Positions 55,401 through 64,000 of a stretch of DNA of 64,000 bases are shown piece after piece. Numbering within the stretch: the stretch's first letter is position 1; each line of letters opens with the position of its first letter. The stretch spans positions 8,382 to 72,381 of the forward strand of contig JBOGXF010000053.1 in NCBI GenBank assembly GCA_050694275.1, read 5' to 3'. The DNA is from Actinomycetota bacterium. GTDB lineage: Bacteria > Actinomycetota > CADDZG01 > WHSQ01. The position numbers and the translations under genes are program-made. Below the pieces are notes generated by a model. The model worked only from the letters and a program-made list of their open reading frames with translations. It ran no database searches and was not told the origin of the DNA.

Positions 55401-55893
55401 CCCGGTACTGAGCGGCTTTGCGCCGGGCTCCGGCGCGGTCTCCCGCCACTATGAGCTTGGGGATCTCGGCCGACAGACATCCGGAGAGGCAGATGATCCC
55501 CTCCGAGTGCTCGCCGAGCAGGTCCCAGTCGGTGCGAGGGAAATAGTGGAACCCCTCGAGCCAGGCGCGCGAGGAGACCTTGACCAGGTTGCGATAGCCG
55601 GCGTCGTCTGCCGCCAGCAGGGTGAGGTGGTAGGTGCGGTTCGAGGCCTCCTTCTGGGGGGGTTTCTCGCGGCGGTCGCCGCCGAAGAGGTAGCCCTCCA
55701 TCCCGAGAATCGGCTTGACCCCGGCTTTGCCCCCGGTCCGATAGAACTCGAGCGCCCCGTACATCACCCCGTGGTCGGTGATGGCGCAGGCCGGCATGTC
55801 GGCGGCGGCGGCGGCCTCGAACAGCTCGGGAATCCGGCTGGCGCCGTCGAGCATCGAGTACTCGGTATGAGCATGGAGATGGACGAAGCTCAA
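52465..55893 (-). CDS. dnaE: DNA polymerase III alpha subunit (DnaE1 type)
   Basis: 1142 aa. The PHP domain starts MSFVHLHAHTEYSMLDGA. The polymerase core includes ..PDIDIDF.. and ..LGLLKMDFLGLRNL.., and there is a C-terminal OB domain. Confidence 0.97.
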   Translation of the reverse strand: MSFVHLHAHTEYSMLDGASRIPELFEAAAAADMPACAITDHGVMYGALEFYRTGGKAGVKPILGMEGYLFGGDRREKPPQKEASNRTYHLTLLAADDAGYRNLVKVSSRAWLEGFHYFPRTDWDLLGEHSEGIICLSGCLSAEIPKLIVAGDRAGARRKAAQYRELFGDRFYLELQDHGLREQQALNDELVAIGKEMAIAWVATNDSHYTHKDDAAGHDVLLCINTGSEMSDPNRFKFDSNEFYLKTPQEMAEKFARWPGACETTLEVAERCNVTLQLGNLVLPVYEVPDNKTLEGHLEDLVEAGLRRRFDDVTPEVRDRARYELKVIFDMGFAGYFLVVQDFVNWAKRRGIRVGPGRGSAAGSVVSYALGITELDPLRYDLMFERFLNPGRKQMPDIDIDFDERKRGDVIRYVQDKYGEDRVAQIVTYGTIKGKQAIRDAARVLGFSYADGDRLTKMYPPLIMGRDSGLQKALETSVELREAYAAGGAAKEIIDVALKVENLKRSAGIHAAGVVIGRDPLVEHLPLKRGEHGEVVTQFDMNGVEELGLLKMDFLGLRNLTVIDLTREYVAANRGVEVDVDSLELDDPKVYEMLQRGDSDGVFQLESEGMRRLIHQLKPDRFEQIMALIALYRPGPMEQIPTYIERKLDPSKVVYLHPALEDITKETYGVLVYQEQIVQMLQKLAGYTPGEADLVRKAIGKKKRDIMKKEEPRFIAGCAQTGLSEKEARKLWDLIQPFADYSFNRAHSASYAYVAYQTAWLKAHYPVEYMAALLTSVKDRKDDKPKYLHMARKMDIPVLLPDVNSSEIDFTPVGDSIRFGLSAVRHVGEGVVEKIIEARRSKGEFTSFYDFCRKVDYACLNKKTVESLVWAGAFESLGHTRKGLAETFEGICQEVVTERKQQEAGQFSLFSSGGEPDPNGNGHHETPIPIDEYPKDYLLAREKEMLGLYVSDHPLLGVEGLLARMCDCPISALDSRPPGEVVNVGGLVSDIRKRVTKRGDIMVLLQLEDLSGAGVEVIVFPKAHEQYAAMLRPDAILVVKGRVDQDVRDDSIKLIAMELHEPELGDARPLVINLQREMCSGKVIDELKEVLAAHPGSTQVFLRLVGGEETVLRLTSELWVDTGNGLHAEIKALLGPSVFETQ

Positions 55894-56213
55894 TTGCAGG
55901 CCACCACCCGGATGAAATTACAGGGATGTACTTTTCCACTATGCACCCGGCCCCCGACCGACTTCAAGCAATCCCCGCCGACCTGGGAAAAGGGCGCTGT
56001 CAAGGACCCCAAAGTGACCATCGCGGCATCCGCCTGTGGGGCACAAGACGGACAACCTGTGGATTACGTGGCCGGAGGCAGAGGCCGGCCGCTGAGGTAA
56101 CGAGACCGGCGGCCTCTTAGTTCATGGGGCGGGCCTCATCCCGCGCCTGCGGGCGACCTTGTTGCCTCTAGCCACCCGAGCGGTGGCCAGCCGCGACAAG
56201 AACGGCCGGCCGG

Positions 56214-56861
56214 CTACTCCTCGGCCTCGGGTGCGCAGGCCTTGGCCCCCTTCGGCGGGAAGCATTCGAACTCGACCTTGGAGTCCGCAGTCGCGTAGAA
56301 CGCTCGCGCGAACGACGGCGCGCCTCCAATCACCGGAGTTAGCTGGATCATCATGACCGACTCAGCGGTGAAGTCGAGCCCTTCGATAACCGCTTCGACC
56401 GTTCCCTCGCCCGATGGCAGGGGGACCTCCACAGCGCCGGCCTCGGGAACGTAGTCGTCGTTGCAGGCTTGGGCGTTGACGTCCGGCCACACCCGGATCT
56501 CGACCGATCCACCCGACGCGAAAGCGTTGAAAGTCACCTTCATGTCTCCAACGACCCGGCCGGAGAGATCCCCCACGAAGACCGGAACCAGTCCGTTGCC
56601 GGCACAGTTCGTGTTCGGGCCGGCGACGTAGTTGGGGATGCCGTGAGACTTCTCGCTCGAGGGCTCCGCCGTACCCAGTGTCAGAAACGTGCCGTCTATC
56701 AGCTGATCCTGCTCGCCGAAGCTGTTCGCTCCGTCCATGAAGAGGGTCGTCGCCACCGGCTTGGGCTTCTTCTTTTTCTTCTTCTTCGCTGCCTCCGCTG
56801 GAAGGCCGACGGCTCCGGCCAGGAGACCGGCCACGAGCCCAATGACTATGAGTCTTTTCAT
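56214..56861 (-). CDS. Secreted hypothetical protein with a poly-lysine tract after the signal peptide
   Basis: MKRLIVIGLVAGLLAGAVGLPAEAAKKKKKKKPKPV.. behind the RBS GGGAGG. I chose the internal ATG at 56859-56861 of track ORF 56214..57089. I recognise no family. Confidence 0.5.
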   Translation of the reverse strand: MKRLIVIGLVAGLLAGAVGLPAEAAKKKKKKKPKPVATTLFMDGANSFGEQDQLIDGTFLTLGTAEPSSEKSHGIPNYVAGPNTNCAGNGLVPVFVGDLSGRVVGDMKVTFNAFASGGSVEIRVWPDVNAQACNDDYVPEAGAVEVPLPSGEGTVEAVIEGLDFTAESVMMIQLTPVIGGAPSFARAFYATADSKVEFECFPPKGAKACAPEAEE

Positions 56862-56973
56862 GCTGGGAACCTCCCTCTGCCACACCGTCTTGCTATGTGA
56901 CTTCTGTGCCCGGCCGGAGATTCCTCTTTGCCCGAGTTCGTCCCGTTTTGGGGTGCTTGGTCTGGTTCGGCCG

Positions 56974-57888
56974 TCAGGGGGCCGGAATGCCAGCCTCGGC
57001 GAGAGCCGAAACCAGCTCCTCTGGAAGCGGATCGGCGACCTCGACCGTGCGGCCGTCGTCGGGATGGGGGAACGCCAGCCGCCACGCATGGAGGAAGGGA
57101 CGCTGCAGGCCGAGGCGTCGCGCGAGATCTCCCCCTCCCCCGTAGGCCCGGTCGCCGATCACCGGGTGGCCGAGGTGGGAGAGGTGGACTCGGACCTGGT
57201 GGGTCCGACCGCTCTCGAGCGAAACGTCGAGCAGCGCGCAGTCGCTCGCGTCGCCGAGCACCCGGTAGTGGGTCACCGCCGGGCGCCCGTCGGGGACCAC
57301 CGCCATCAGCCAGCGCCGCGCCGGATGCCGTCCCACGGAGGCGTCGATCGTCCCCCTGGCCGCCGCCGGTACCCCGCGCACGAGGGCGAGGTAGCGGCGG
57401 CCGACCCGCCGCTCCTTGAGGGCCCGGGCGAGCTTCGCGTGGGCGTCGTCGTCGCGCGCCACAAGCAGAAGGCCCGACGTGTCCTTGTCGAGCCGGTGGA
57501 CGATGCCGGGCCGCTCGGTCCCGGCCCCCGACAACGGCCCCCCGAGAGCCAGCAGGGCGTTCACGAGCGTCCCCGCCCTCTGCCCGGCGGCGGGATGGGT
57601 GACGAGCCCGGCGGGTTTGCTCACCACGAGCACGCGCTCGTCCTCGTAGCGCACGACGATCGGGATCGCCTCGGGCTCCGGGGGGCGCTCCTCGGGCGCG
57701 ACCACCTCGCCGGCGACGACGTCGCCCTCGGACAGGCGATAGCTCGGCTTGGCCGTCGCCCCCGACACGGTCACCGCCCCGGCTTTAAGCGCGTCCCGGG
57801 CGACCCGGCGGGCGACCCCGGCCCGGGCGGCGACGACGACGTCGGCCCGCTCCCCGACCTCGTGGGGGGCCGGCGTGAACCGGATCAA
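56974..57888 (-). CDS. rluD: RluA/RluD-family 23S rRNA pseudouridine synthase
   Basis: An S4-like N-terminus, then ..GLVTHPA.. and ..GIVHRLDKDTSGLLLVA.. (the catalytic Asp), and ..HQVRVHL.. The start is assigned to the TTG at 57886-57888, overlapping the lspA stop (TTGA). Confidence 0.85.
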   Translation of the reverse strand: MIRFTPAPHEVGERADVVVAARAGVARRVARDALKAGAVTVSGATAKPSYRLSEGDVVAGEVVAPEERPPEPEAIPIVVRYEDERVLVVSKPAGLVTHPAAGQRAGTLVNALLALGGPLSGAGTERPGIVHRLDKDTSGLLLVARDDDAHAKLARALKERRVGRRYLALVRGVPAAARGTIDASVGRHPARRWLMAVVPDGRPAVTHYRVLGDASDCALLDVSLESGRTHQVRVHLSHLGHPVIGDRAYGGGGDLARRLGLQRPFLHAWRLAFPHPDDGRTVEVADPLPEELVSALAEAGIPAP

Positions 57889-58373
57889 GCGCTCTCCTCG
57901 GGCTCCTCGGATTCCTTGTGCCGGGCGCCGAGGATCAGGAGCAGCGCGGCCCCGACGACGATGGCGCTGTCGGCGAGGTTGAAGACCGGCCATACGTGCA
58001 GATCGACGAAGTCGACCACCCTGCCGTCGAAGTCACGGAACAGGCGGTCGTAGAGGTTCCCGAGCCCTCCGCCGAGCACCATGCCGAGCGGCACCGTCCA
58101 TGAGTGGTTCTCGAGACGCCGCACCATCATGAGGATCACCGCTACCACGACGATCGTGGCAATAAGAAAGAAGCCCGGAAGGCCCGGCAGGAGCCCGAAT
58201 GCACCTCCGGCGTTGAAGGTCAGGTTCAGCGACACCGCCCCTTCGATGATGTCGATCGGACCGTCCATGAGGTGGTCGAGCGCGAGCTGCTTGGTGACCT
58301 GATCGAGCACGGCGACGACGACCCCGACCCCGAGCAAGGTCAGGTAGGCGCGCGCGAGCCGGATCCCGGACAT
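57885..58373 (-). CDS. lspA: Lipoprotein signal peptidase II
   Basis: 162 aa with 4 TM segments, ..LNLTFNAGGAFG.. and ..VVDFVDLHVWPVFNLADSAI.. Confidence 0.9.
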   Translation of the reverse strand: MSGIRLARAYLTLLGVGVVVAVLDQVTKQLALDHLMDGPIDIIEGAVSLNLTFNAGGAFGLLPGLPGFFLIATIVVVAVILMMVRRLENHSWTVPLGMVLGGGLGNLYDRLFRDFDGRVVDFVDLHVWPVFNLADSAIVVGAALLLILGARHKESEEPEESA

Positions 58374-58400
58374 GGCCTCAGGTTCGCAGGTTTTCGAGGC

Positions 58401-59102
58401 TCAGCGGGCCCGCTCTTCGCGGCGCTTGCAGTCCATGCACAGGAGCGCGTGCGGGAGGGCCTTGAGCCGGGGGGCATCGATCGGCTGACCGCAGCGCTCG
58501 CAGATCCCGTAGGTGCCGTCCTCTATGCGTCTCAGCGCGCGCTCGATCTGGTCGATGAGGTCCCGGATGTTGTTGCGGAGGGAGAGGTCACGTTCCCGCT
58601 CGAAAGTCGCGGTTCCCGCATCGGCGAAGTCCTCGTCGAGACCCACCTCGCCGGTCATGTCCGACTGGGTGTCCCCGAACGAGTCTTCCTCGAGCTCCCG
58701 CTGACGCTCGCGCAGGTCGACGAGCTCCTCGTTGAGCTGTTCGGTGATGGAGGCGAGGGCCTTGGCGTCGAGCTTCGCCCGGCGCGGTGCGCGGGGTCTG
58801 GGAGCCGGACGGGGCGCCGGCTTCCTGACCGCGGCCGGCTTGCGCGCGGTCGTCTTCTTCGCCGGGGCCGCCGCCTTCGTGGTTTTCTTCCGGTTCGTCT
58901 TCTTCGCGGTCTTCTTGGCCGCAGGCTTCTCGCGGGCCGAGGACTTGGGCGCGGACTTCTTCGAGGTCGCCTTGCTCGCGGTCTTCTTGCGCGCGGTCGT
59001 CTTCCTGGCCCTTGAGGCCGCCGTCGGCTTCTTCTTAGTGGTCTTCTTCCGGGCCGGCTTCTTGGCGTTTTTCTTGCCGGTCGGCTTCTTGGCCGGGCTC
59101 AT
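58401..59102 (-). CDS. DksA/TraR C4 zinc-finger protein with a long N-terminal Lys/Ala/Thr-rich (histone-H1-like) tail
   Basis: The C-terminal region is ..GTYGICERCGQPIDAPRLKALPHALLCMDCKRREE (CxxC-N17-CxxC), preceded by a coiled coil. The N-terminal ~115 aa consist of AKKP/KKTT/ARKK repeats. Start ATG at 59102, with an alternative at 59123. Confidence 0.7.
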   Translation of the reverse strand: MSPAKKPTGKKNAKKPARKKTTKKKPTAASRARKTTARKKTASKATSKKSAPKSSAREKPAAKKTAKKTNRKKTTKAAAPAKKTTARKPAAVRKPAPRPAPRPRAPRRAKLDAKALASITEQLNEELVDLRERQRELEEDSFGDTQSDMTGEVGLDEDFADAGTATFERERDLSLRNNIRDLIDQIERALRRIEDGTYGICERCGQPIDAPRLKALPHALLCMDCKRREERAR

Positions 59103-59415
59103 GGGCGCGGGACGATAACACACGGTCCAGGCGTGTCACGACCTCTTCTTGGGGGATTCCGGTGACCGCGATCCGCTTGCGACGGCTCGAGTGTCCCCCC
59201 ACCACGACGACGCCCGACCGAGGCAAGTCGAGCACCTCCGCGAGGAGCTCTTCGACCGCCCGATTCGCCCGGTCGTCGGTCGGGGGCGCCTTGACCTTGA
59301 GCTTGAGGGCCGTGCCGTGAATCCCCACCACGGCGGTTCGCGCGGCGCGCGCCTGCACGAACGCGTCGATCAGCACGCGGTCTTTCGATCGGGTCACGAA
59401 CGGGAGCGGTCCCAC
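59035..59415 (-). CDS. DUF167 (YggU-like) protein
   Basis: ..VQARAARTAVVGIHGTALKLKVKAPPTDDRANRAVEELLAEVL..SGVVVVGGHSSRRKRIAV.. Its 3' end overlaps the next gene by at least 68 nt in another frame. Confidence 0.6.
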   Translation of the reverse strand: MGPLPFVTRSKDRVLIDAFVQARAARTAVVGIHGTALKLKVKAPPTDDRANRAVEELLAEVLDLPRSGVVVVGGHSSRRKRIAVTGIPQEEVVTRLDRVLSSRAHEPGQEADRQEKRQEAGPEEDH

Positions 59416-59440
59416 GGTGCGCTCACGCTACCCTTTGCTC

Positions 59441-62400
59441 ATGCCCGAGGCCCTGTACCGCCCGGTCGATCCGCACGTCTCCTTCCCGGAGATGGAGCAG
59501 CGCGTCCTCGAGCGGTGGCTCGCCGAAGCTGTCTTCAGGCGGTCGCTGGAGGCGCGTCGGGAACGCCCGGAGTGGGTCTTCTACGAGGGCCCTCCGACCG
59601 CCAACGCCAAACCGGGCGTCCACCACGTCGAGGCGCGGGCGTTCAAGGACATCTTCTGCCGCTTCCAGGCGATGCGCGGTCACTACGTCCACCGCAAGGG
59701 GGGGTGGGACTGCCACGGCCTCCCGGTCGAAGTCGAGGTCGAGAAGGAGCTCGGGATCACCAACAAGCGCGAGATCGAGGAGCGCGTCGGCATCGCCGAG
59801 TTCGTCGAGCGCTGCCGGGCCTCGGTCAAGCGCTACGTCGACGAGTGGGAGAAGCTGAGCGACCGCATGGGGTTCTGGGTCGACCTCGACGACGCCTACT
59901 GGACGATGGATTCGACCTACGTCGAGACGGTGTGGTGGCTGCTCAAACAGATCTGGGACAAGGGCCTGCTCGAGGAGGACTTCAAGGTCGTTCCCTACTG
60001 CCCCCGCTGCGAGACCGCGCTCAGCAACCACGAGCAGCACCAGACCGATGCCTACCAGATGGTGTCCGACCCGTCGGTGTACGTGCGCTTCCCCCTCGTC
60101 GACGAGCCCGACACCGCGCTTCTGGTGTGGACGACGACCCCGTGGACGCTGCTCGCCAATCTCGCCGCGGCCGTCCGCGAGGACGTCGCCTACGTCAAGA
60201 TCGCCGATCCCGGGCTCGAGGGCCATAATCTCGTCCTGGCGCGCGACCGGCTCGAGCCCCTCTTTGGGGAAGGCGTCGAGGTCCTCGCCACCATGACCGG
60301 CGCCGATCTCCTCGACCGCCGCTACGAACCCCCGTTTCCGTTCGTCCAATCGGGTGAGAGGGGCCACACCGTGCGAGCCGGGGACTTCGTCACTACCGAA
60401 GACGGCTCCGGGATCGTTCACCTCGCGCCCTACGGCGAGGACGACATCATGGTCGCGCGGCGCGACGACCTTCCGGTGGTGCAGATGATCGACGCCTCCG
60501 GCCGGGTGATCGAGCGGGGGGCCGAGTTCGCCGGGATGTGGTTCAAGGACGCCGACCCGCTGATCGTGCAGGAGCTCGAAGAGCGCGGACGCCTCCTGCG
60601 CTCGGAGACGTACGAGCACTCCTACCCCCACTGCTGGCGGTGCCGGACGCCGCTCCTCTATTACGCCCGCAAGGACTGGTACATCCGGACCTCGCAGATC
60701 CGCGCGCAGCTCCAGGCGAGCAACGAGGAGACCAACTGGCAACCGCCCGGCATCAAACACGGCAGGTTCGGCGACTGGCTCGCCAACAACGTCGACTGGT
60801 CGCTGTCGCGCGACCGCTACTGGGGGACGCCCCTTCCCATCTGGCGCTGCCCCGAGGGGCACACCACCTGTGTCGGGTCCTTCGCAGAGCTCTCCGAGCT
60901 CGCCGGCAGGGATCTCGGCACGCTCGATCCCCACCGGCCGTGGGTCGACGAGATTGCGTTCGGGTGCCCGGAATGCGGCACCCAGGCGCGCCGCGTCCGT
61001 TACGTGATCGACGCGTGGTTCGACTCCGGGTCCATGCCCTTCGCGCAGTGGCACTATCCGTTCGAGAACACCGACGTCTTCGATCGGCGCTTCCCCGCGG
61101 ATTTCATCTCCGAGGCAATCGATCAGACGCGCGGGTGGTTCTACACGCTGCTGGCGATCGCAACGCTCGTGCGCGGTGAAAACTCGTTCCGCAACGTCGT
61201 CTGCCTCGGCCACATCGTCGACGCCGAGGGACGCAAGATGAGCAAGTCGCTGGGCAACGTCATCGATCCGTGGACGATCTTCGGCGTGCAGGGAGCCGAC
61301 GTGCTGCGCTGGTATCTCTTCACCGGTGGCTCTCCGTGGGCGCCGCGCCGGGTGTCGATCGATGTGCTGCAGGAAACCCTGCGCAAGTACCTCATGACCT
61401 TGTGGAACACCTATTCGTTCTGGGTCACCTACGCGTCGCTCGAGGGCTTTGACCCTTTGGCCGAGTCAATCCCGGTGAAGGATCGGCCCGAGATGGATCG
61501 CTGGATCCTCGCCGAGCTCGACGACACCGTCCGCGTCGTCACCGATGGACTCGAGTCGTTCGACTCGACGACCGGGGGCCGAAGGATCGAGCAGTTCGTG
61601 GACGATCTGTCGAACTGGTACGTCCGGCGGTCCCGCCGGCGCTTTTGGCGATCGAGGGAGGAGGCCGACACGCGCGCCGGCTTCCTGACTTTGTGGGAGT
61701 GTCTCGTCGCCGTCGCGCAACTGAGCGCGCCCTACACGCCGTTCGTCGCCGATGAGATCTACACCAATCTGACCTCGACCGATCCCAACGCGCCCGGCTC
61801 GGTCCACCTGTCGGACTGGCCCGAGCCGGACGACGCTCGGCCCAACGACGACCTCCGCAAGCGCATGAGGCTCGCCCGGCGGCTGGTGACCCTGGGGCGT
61901 GCCGCGCGCACCGATGCGAAGGTTCGAGTTCGTCAGCCGCTTCAGCGCGCCCTGGTCGTCCTGCCGGGGGCCGAGAGGGCCGACGCCGCCTCGCTGTCTT
62001 CTCTCATGGCCGACGAGCTCAACGTCAAGGAGGTCGAGATCGCGCGCGGCCTCGAGGAATTGGTGACCTACTCTCTCAAGCCCAACTTCAAGACGCTCGG
62101 CCCCCGTTTCGGCGCGCGAGTCAGAGACCTCGCCGCGGCACTCGATCAGACCGACGCCCACGCGTTCGTATCGGAGCTCGAGTCGGCGGGCGCGGCGAGG
62201 GTGACGGTGGACGGCGAAGAGGTGTCGCTGGGCATCGACGACGTCGACGTGCGCGTCGAGGGGCGCACCGGCTTCCAGCTCGCGCAGGATGGCCCCTACG
62301 GAGTGGCGCTCGACCTCGATCTCACCGACGATCTCGTCGCGGAGGGCATTGCCCGCGAGGTCGTGCGCGCGGTCCAGGACCTGCGCAAGGCGAGTGGGCT

Positions 62401-62623
62401 CGCGGTCGAGGACCGCATCGAGCTGTGGCTCGCGGCCTCCAACGAGCGAGCCCGCGCCGCGCTCGAAGCGCACTCCGACTACGTCGCGGCCGAGGTCCTC
62501 GCCACCGGTCTATCCGTCGACGAACAGCGGCCCGCCGATGCGGCCACCGGAGACGTCGACGTCGAAGACGGCACGATCTCGATTGCCATCCGCCGCAACC
62601 TGACGGCAGCGGACAAACCTTAG
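59441..62623 (+). CDS. ileS: Isoleucyl-tRNA synthetase
   Basis: The HIGH-type block is ..PPTANAKPGVHHVEARAFKD.. Also present are ..GWDCHGLPVE.., KMSKS (..GRKMSKSLGNV..), an editing-domain insertion and a zinc-binding CPECG. I chose the ATG at 59441 inside track ORF 59417..62623. Confidence 0.95.
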   Translation: MPEALYRPVDPHVSFPEMEQRVLERWLAEAVFRRSLEARRERPEWVFYEGPPTANAKPGVHHVEARAFKDIFCRFQAMRGHYVHRKGGWDCHGLPVEVEVEKELGITNKREIEERVGIAEFVERCRASVKRYVDEWEKLSDRMGFWVDLDDAYWTMDSTYVETVWWLLKQIWDKGLLEEDFKVVPYCPRCETALSNHEQHQTDAYQMVSDPSVYVRFPLVDEPDTALLVWTTTPWTLLANLAAAVREDVAYVKIADPGLEGHNLVLARDRLEPLFGEGVEVLATMTGADLLDRRYEPPFPFVQSGERGHTVRAGDFVTTEDGSGIVHLAPYGEDDIMVARRDDLPVVQMIDASGRVIERGAEFAGMWFKDADPLIVQELEERGRLLRSETYEHSYPHCWRCRTPLLYYARKDWYIRTSQIRAQLQASNEETNWQPPGIKHGRFGDWLANNVDWSLSRDRYWGTPLPIWRCPEGHTTCVGSFAELSELAGRDLGTLDPHRPWVDEIAFGCPECGTQARRVRYVIDAWFDSGSMPFAQWHYPFENTDVFDRRFPADFISEAIDQTRGWFYTLLAIATLVRGENSFRNVVCLGHIVDAEGRKMSKSLGNVIDPWTIFGVQGADVLRWYLFTGGSPWAPRRVSIDVLQETLRKYLMTLWNTYSFWVTYASLEGFDPLAESIPVKDRPEMDRWILAELDDTVRVVTDGLESFDSTTGGRRIEQFVDDLSNWYVRRSRRRFWRSREEADTRAGFLTLWECLVAVAQLSAPYTPFVADEIYTNLTSTDPNAPGSVHLSDWPEPDDARPNDDLRKRMRLARRLVTLGRAARTDAKVRVRQPLQRALVVLPGAERADAASLSSLMADELNVKEVEIARGLEELVTYSLKPNFKTLGPRFGARVRDLAAALDQTDAHAFVSELESAGAARVTVDGEEVSLGIDDVDVRVEGRTGFQLAQDGPYGVALDLDLTDDLVAEGIAREVVRAVQDLRKASGLAVEDRIELWLAASNERARAALEAHSDYVAAEVLATGLSVDEQRPADAATGDVDVEDGTISIAIRRNLTAADKP

Positions 62624-63072
62624 GGCTTGCACACCCCGCACGGCTCGTAGGCGCGGCGGCGCGCTGCCGACTTCGACATGCGCTCGCCCCCCTTCGACTT
62701 GGCGTAGCGGCAGTCGAGGCGATGGAACTTCTTTCGCTCCGGAATCGCGACGACCTCGCCGTCGGGAAGGTTGCGCTGGCGTCGGGTCGGGGCGGGCGTC
62801 TCGGGGCGAGTCGACGCCGCAGGGGAGAATCCGCCGACCTGCGTGGCGACCCCGCCCGGCGAGTTCGCAGCGGGCTCCTGGGGGGCCCCCGCCGACGCTT
62901 CCTCGACCTCGGCCCGGCTGCGGTTATAGGCAAGGGCGAGCAAGACCGCGGCCCCGACGCTCGCCGCAATAGACGTCCAGATCAGCGACTCGTCCGATGT
63001 CACCCACCCGAACGCGAGCGCGATCGCGGAGCCGGCGATGAGCAGGATGGACCCGCCGATGAGCAGGGTCAC
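62620..63072 (-). CDS. Hypothetical membrane protein with a C-terminal Cys-rich (FHRLDC..CGVC) motif
   Basis: Two N-terminal TM helices, a Pro/Ala-rich linker, and a C-terminal ..KFHRLDCRYAKS..YEPCGVCKP that resembles Ada-type metal-binding tails. Confidence 0.5.
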   Translation of the reverse strand: MTLLIGGSILLIAGSAIALAFGWVTSDESLIWTSIAASVGAAVLLALAYNRSRAEVEEASAGAPQEPAANSPGGVATQVGGFSPAASTRPETPAPTRRQRNLPDGEVVAIPERKKFHRLDCRYAKSKGGERMSKSAARRRAYEPCGVCKP

Positions 63073-63075
63073 GGA

Positions 63076-63813
63076 TCAGCCCTCGTCGCGCCAGAACAAC
63101 CCGCGCACGCTGCGCCGAGTGGTCGGTGCAGGTTCTTCGGCATCTTCGACTCGCACCACTCCCGGCCCCCGGTCGGATGTGGGCCGGCTTTCGGCCGGCG
63201 CGTCCTTACTCTCCGACGGCTCTGGAGCGGGGGTCGGGTGGGGCGCCCCACGCTGCGCGCCGGGACCGCGTGCCGAAGGACCGGCCACCTTTGGAGGCGT
63301 TTGCTCCGGGAGAGTCTGGAGAGCTCTGAGCTGTTGCTCCAAGAAACTCTTCAGCCGCGTCCTGAGATCTTGTTCGTACGCACGCAGTCGCTCGATGGCG
63401 GAATCGATCTCGCGCTTCCGAGTCGCGAAATCGCGCTCCTGCTCGGTCGACTTCCGCCGCATCTCGGCCTCGGCTTGGGACGCGCGCGTGCGCGTCTCTT
63501 CCGACGCACGACGCGCTCGCTCCTCGGCTTCGCCGATGAGCTGCTCGGCCTTCGCTTTGGCTTTGCCGATCGCCTCCTCGGCCGCCTGCTGCGCGGTGAC
63601 GAGCGTCTTCTTGAGCATCTCCTCGGCCTCGCGGCTCGTCGCGACGGTTTGATCGAGCTCGCGCATCCGCTGATGGAGCGAGAGATTCTCACGCTGGACG
63701 CGATCGAGGACTTCGGCGACGCGGTCGAGGAAATCGTCGACTTCCTCCTGGTTGTATCCCCTCCACGCGTCGTGGAACTGCTTATCGTGGATATGGCGCG
63801 CGCTTAGATCCAT
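63076..63813 (-). CDS. divIVA: DivIVA-domain protein (Wag31-like)
   Basis: The N-terminus is MDLSARHIHDKQFHDAWRGYNQEEVDDFLDRVAEVL, followed by a long coiled coil. It is located after yggT, as at the end of actinobacterial dcw clusters. Confidence 0.85.
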   Translation of the reverse strand: MDLSARHIHDKQFHDAWRGYNQEEVDDFLDRVAEVLDRVQRENLSLHQRMRELDQTVATSREAEEMLKKTLVTAQQAAEEAIGKAKAKAEQLIGEAEERARRASEETRTRASQAEAEMRRKSTEQERDFATRKREIDSAIERLRAYEQDLRTRLKSFLEQQLRALQTLPEQTPPKVAGPSARGPGAQRGAPHPTPAPEPSESKDAPAESRPTSDRGPGVVRVEDAEEPAPTTRRSVRGLFWRDEG

Positions 63814-63853
63814 GAATCAAGTATCTCAGACGAGCCGCACGCCTGGGCGGTTA

Positions 63854-64000
63854 TCAGACCAATGCGCTACAGATCAGCTGAATCCCGATGAAGACGACCA
63901 GCGGTGAAAGATCGAGCCCGCCGACCGGCGGGATGTACCTGCGCACGAAACCCAGCACCGGCTCGGTGAGGTCATAGATGACCCGGATCCCTGCGGACAG
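63854..64000 (-). CDS. YggT-family membrane protein (C-terminal part; gene runs off the window end)
   Basis: Reverse translation reads ..IYDLTEPVLGFVRRYIPPVGGLDLSPLVVFIGIQLICSALV*, with the YggT motif PxR..IPP.GG.D.SP. The stop is at 63854-63856. Confidence 0.7.
   Translation of the reverse strand: MSAGIRVIYDLTEPVLGFVRRYIPPVGGLDLSPLVVFIGIQLICSALV

Noticed and set aside
59103-59440. Expected T-box leader upstream of ileS
   Set aside because: Only ~25 nt separate ileS from the divergent DUF167 start. I saw no T-box consensus (..GGTGGTACCGCG..) on the plus strand in the upstream 340 nt.

Overview
Visibly GC-rich, strongly GC3-biased chromosomal segment with actinobacterial-type conserved synteny. 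I could not run BLAST, HMM or RNA-folding searches, so all calls rest on reading the translations and the DNA. Reading right to left on the minus strand, the backbone is: yggT-divIVA, ileS (+), DUF167, a DksA-like gene, lspA-rluD, dnaE, hisDCBHAF-(M24 peptidase)-hisI-trpE, trpCBA, tRNA-Leu(CAA), an ANTAR response regulator, a branched-chain (liv-type) and a polar amino-acid ABC transporter, gltB (+), and a suf Fe-S assembly operon. About 70 CDS are supported. Many long ORFs in the track are antisense artefacts of the GC-rich DNA. The accessory or unusual content is as follows. (1) The suf operon is split by a ~6.2 kb insertion, and a ~48 bp palindrome-containing promoter/operator module occurs in front of both halves. 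(2) That insertion carries a multi-TM GAF/HisKA_3 histidine kinase whose extracytoplasmic loop looks like a circularly permuted type-1-copper cupredoxin. Next to it are a NarL-type regulator and Cu/Zn SOD. (3) A 58-bp palindromic element occurs twice, bracketing an S1 protease gene. One copy interrupts the 5' end of mscL. (4) Two 49-nt hairpins share identical 11-bp stems at convergent gene ends. (5) An IS with paired subterminal repeats sits next to a DUF222/HNH gene. (6) The 3' end of the tRNA-Leu gene carries a 12-bp tandem duplication, followed by a low-GC non-coding tract and preceded by a free-standing LAGLIDADG-type gene. No CRISPR array, rRNA or recognisable defence or toxin-antitoxin system was seen.
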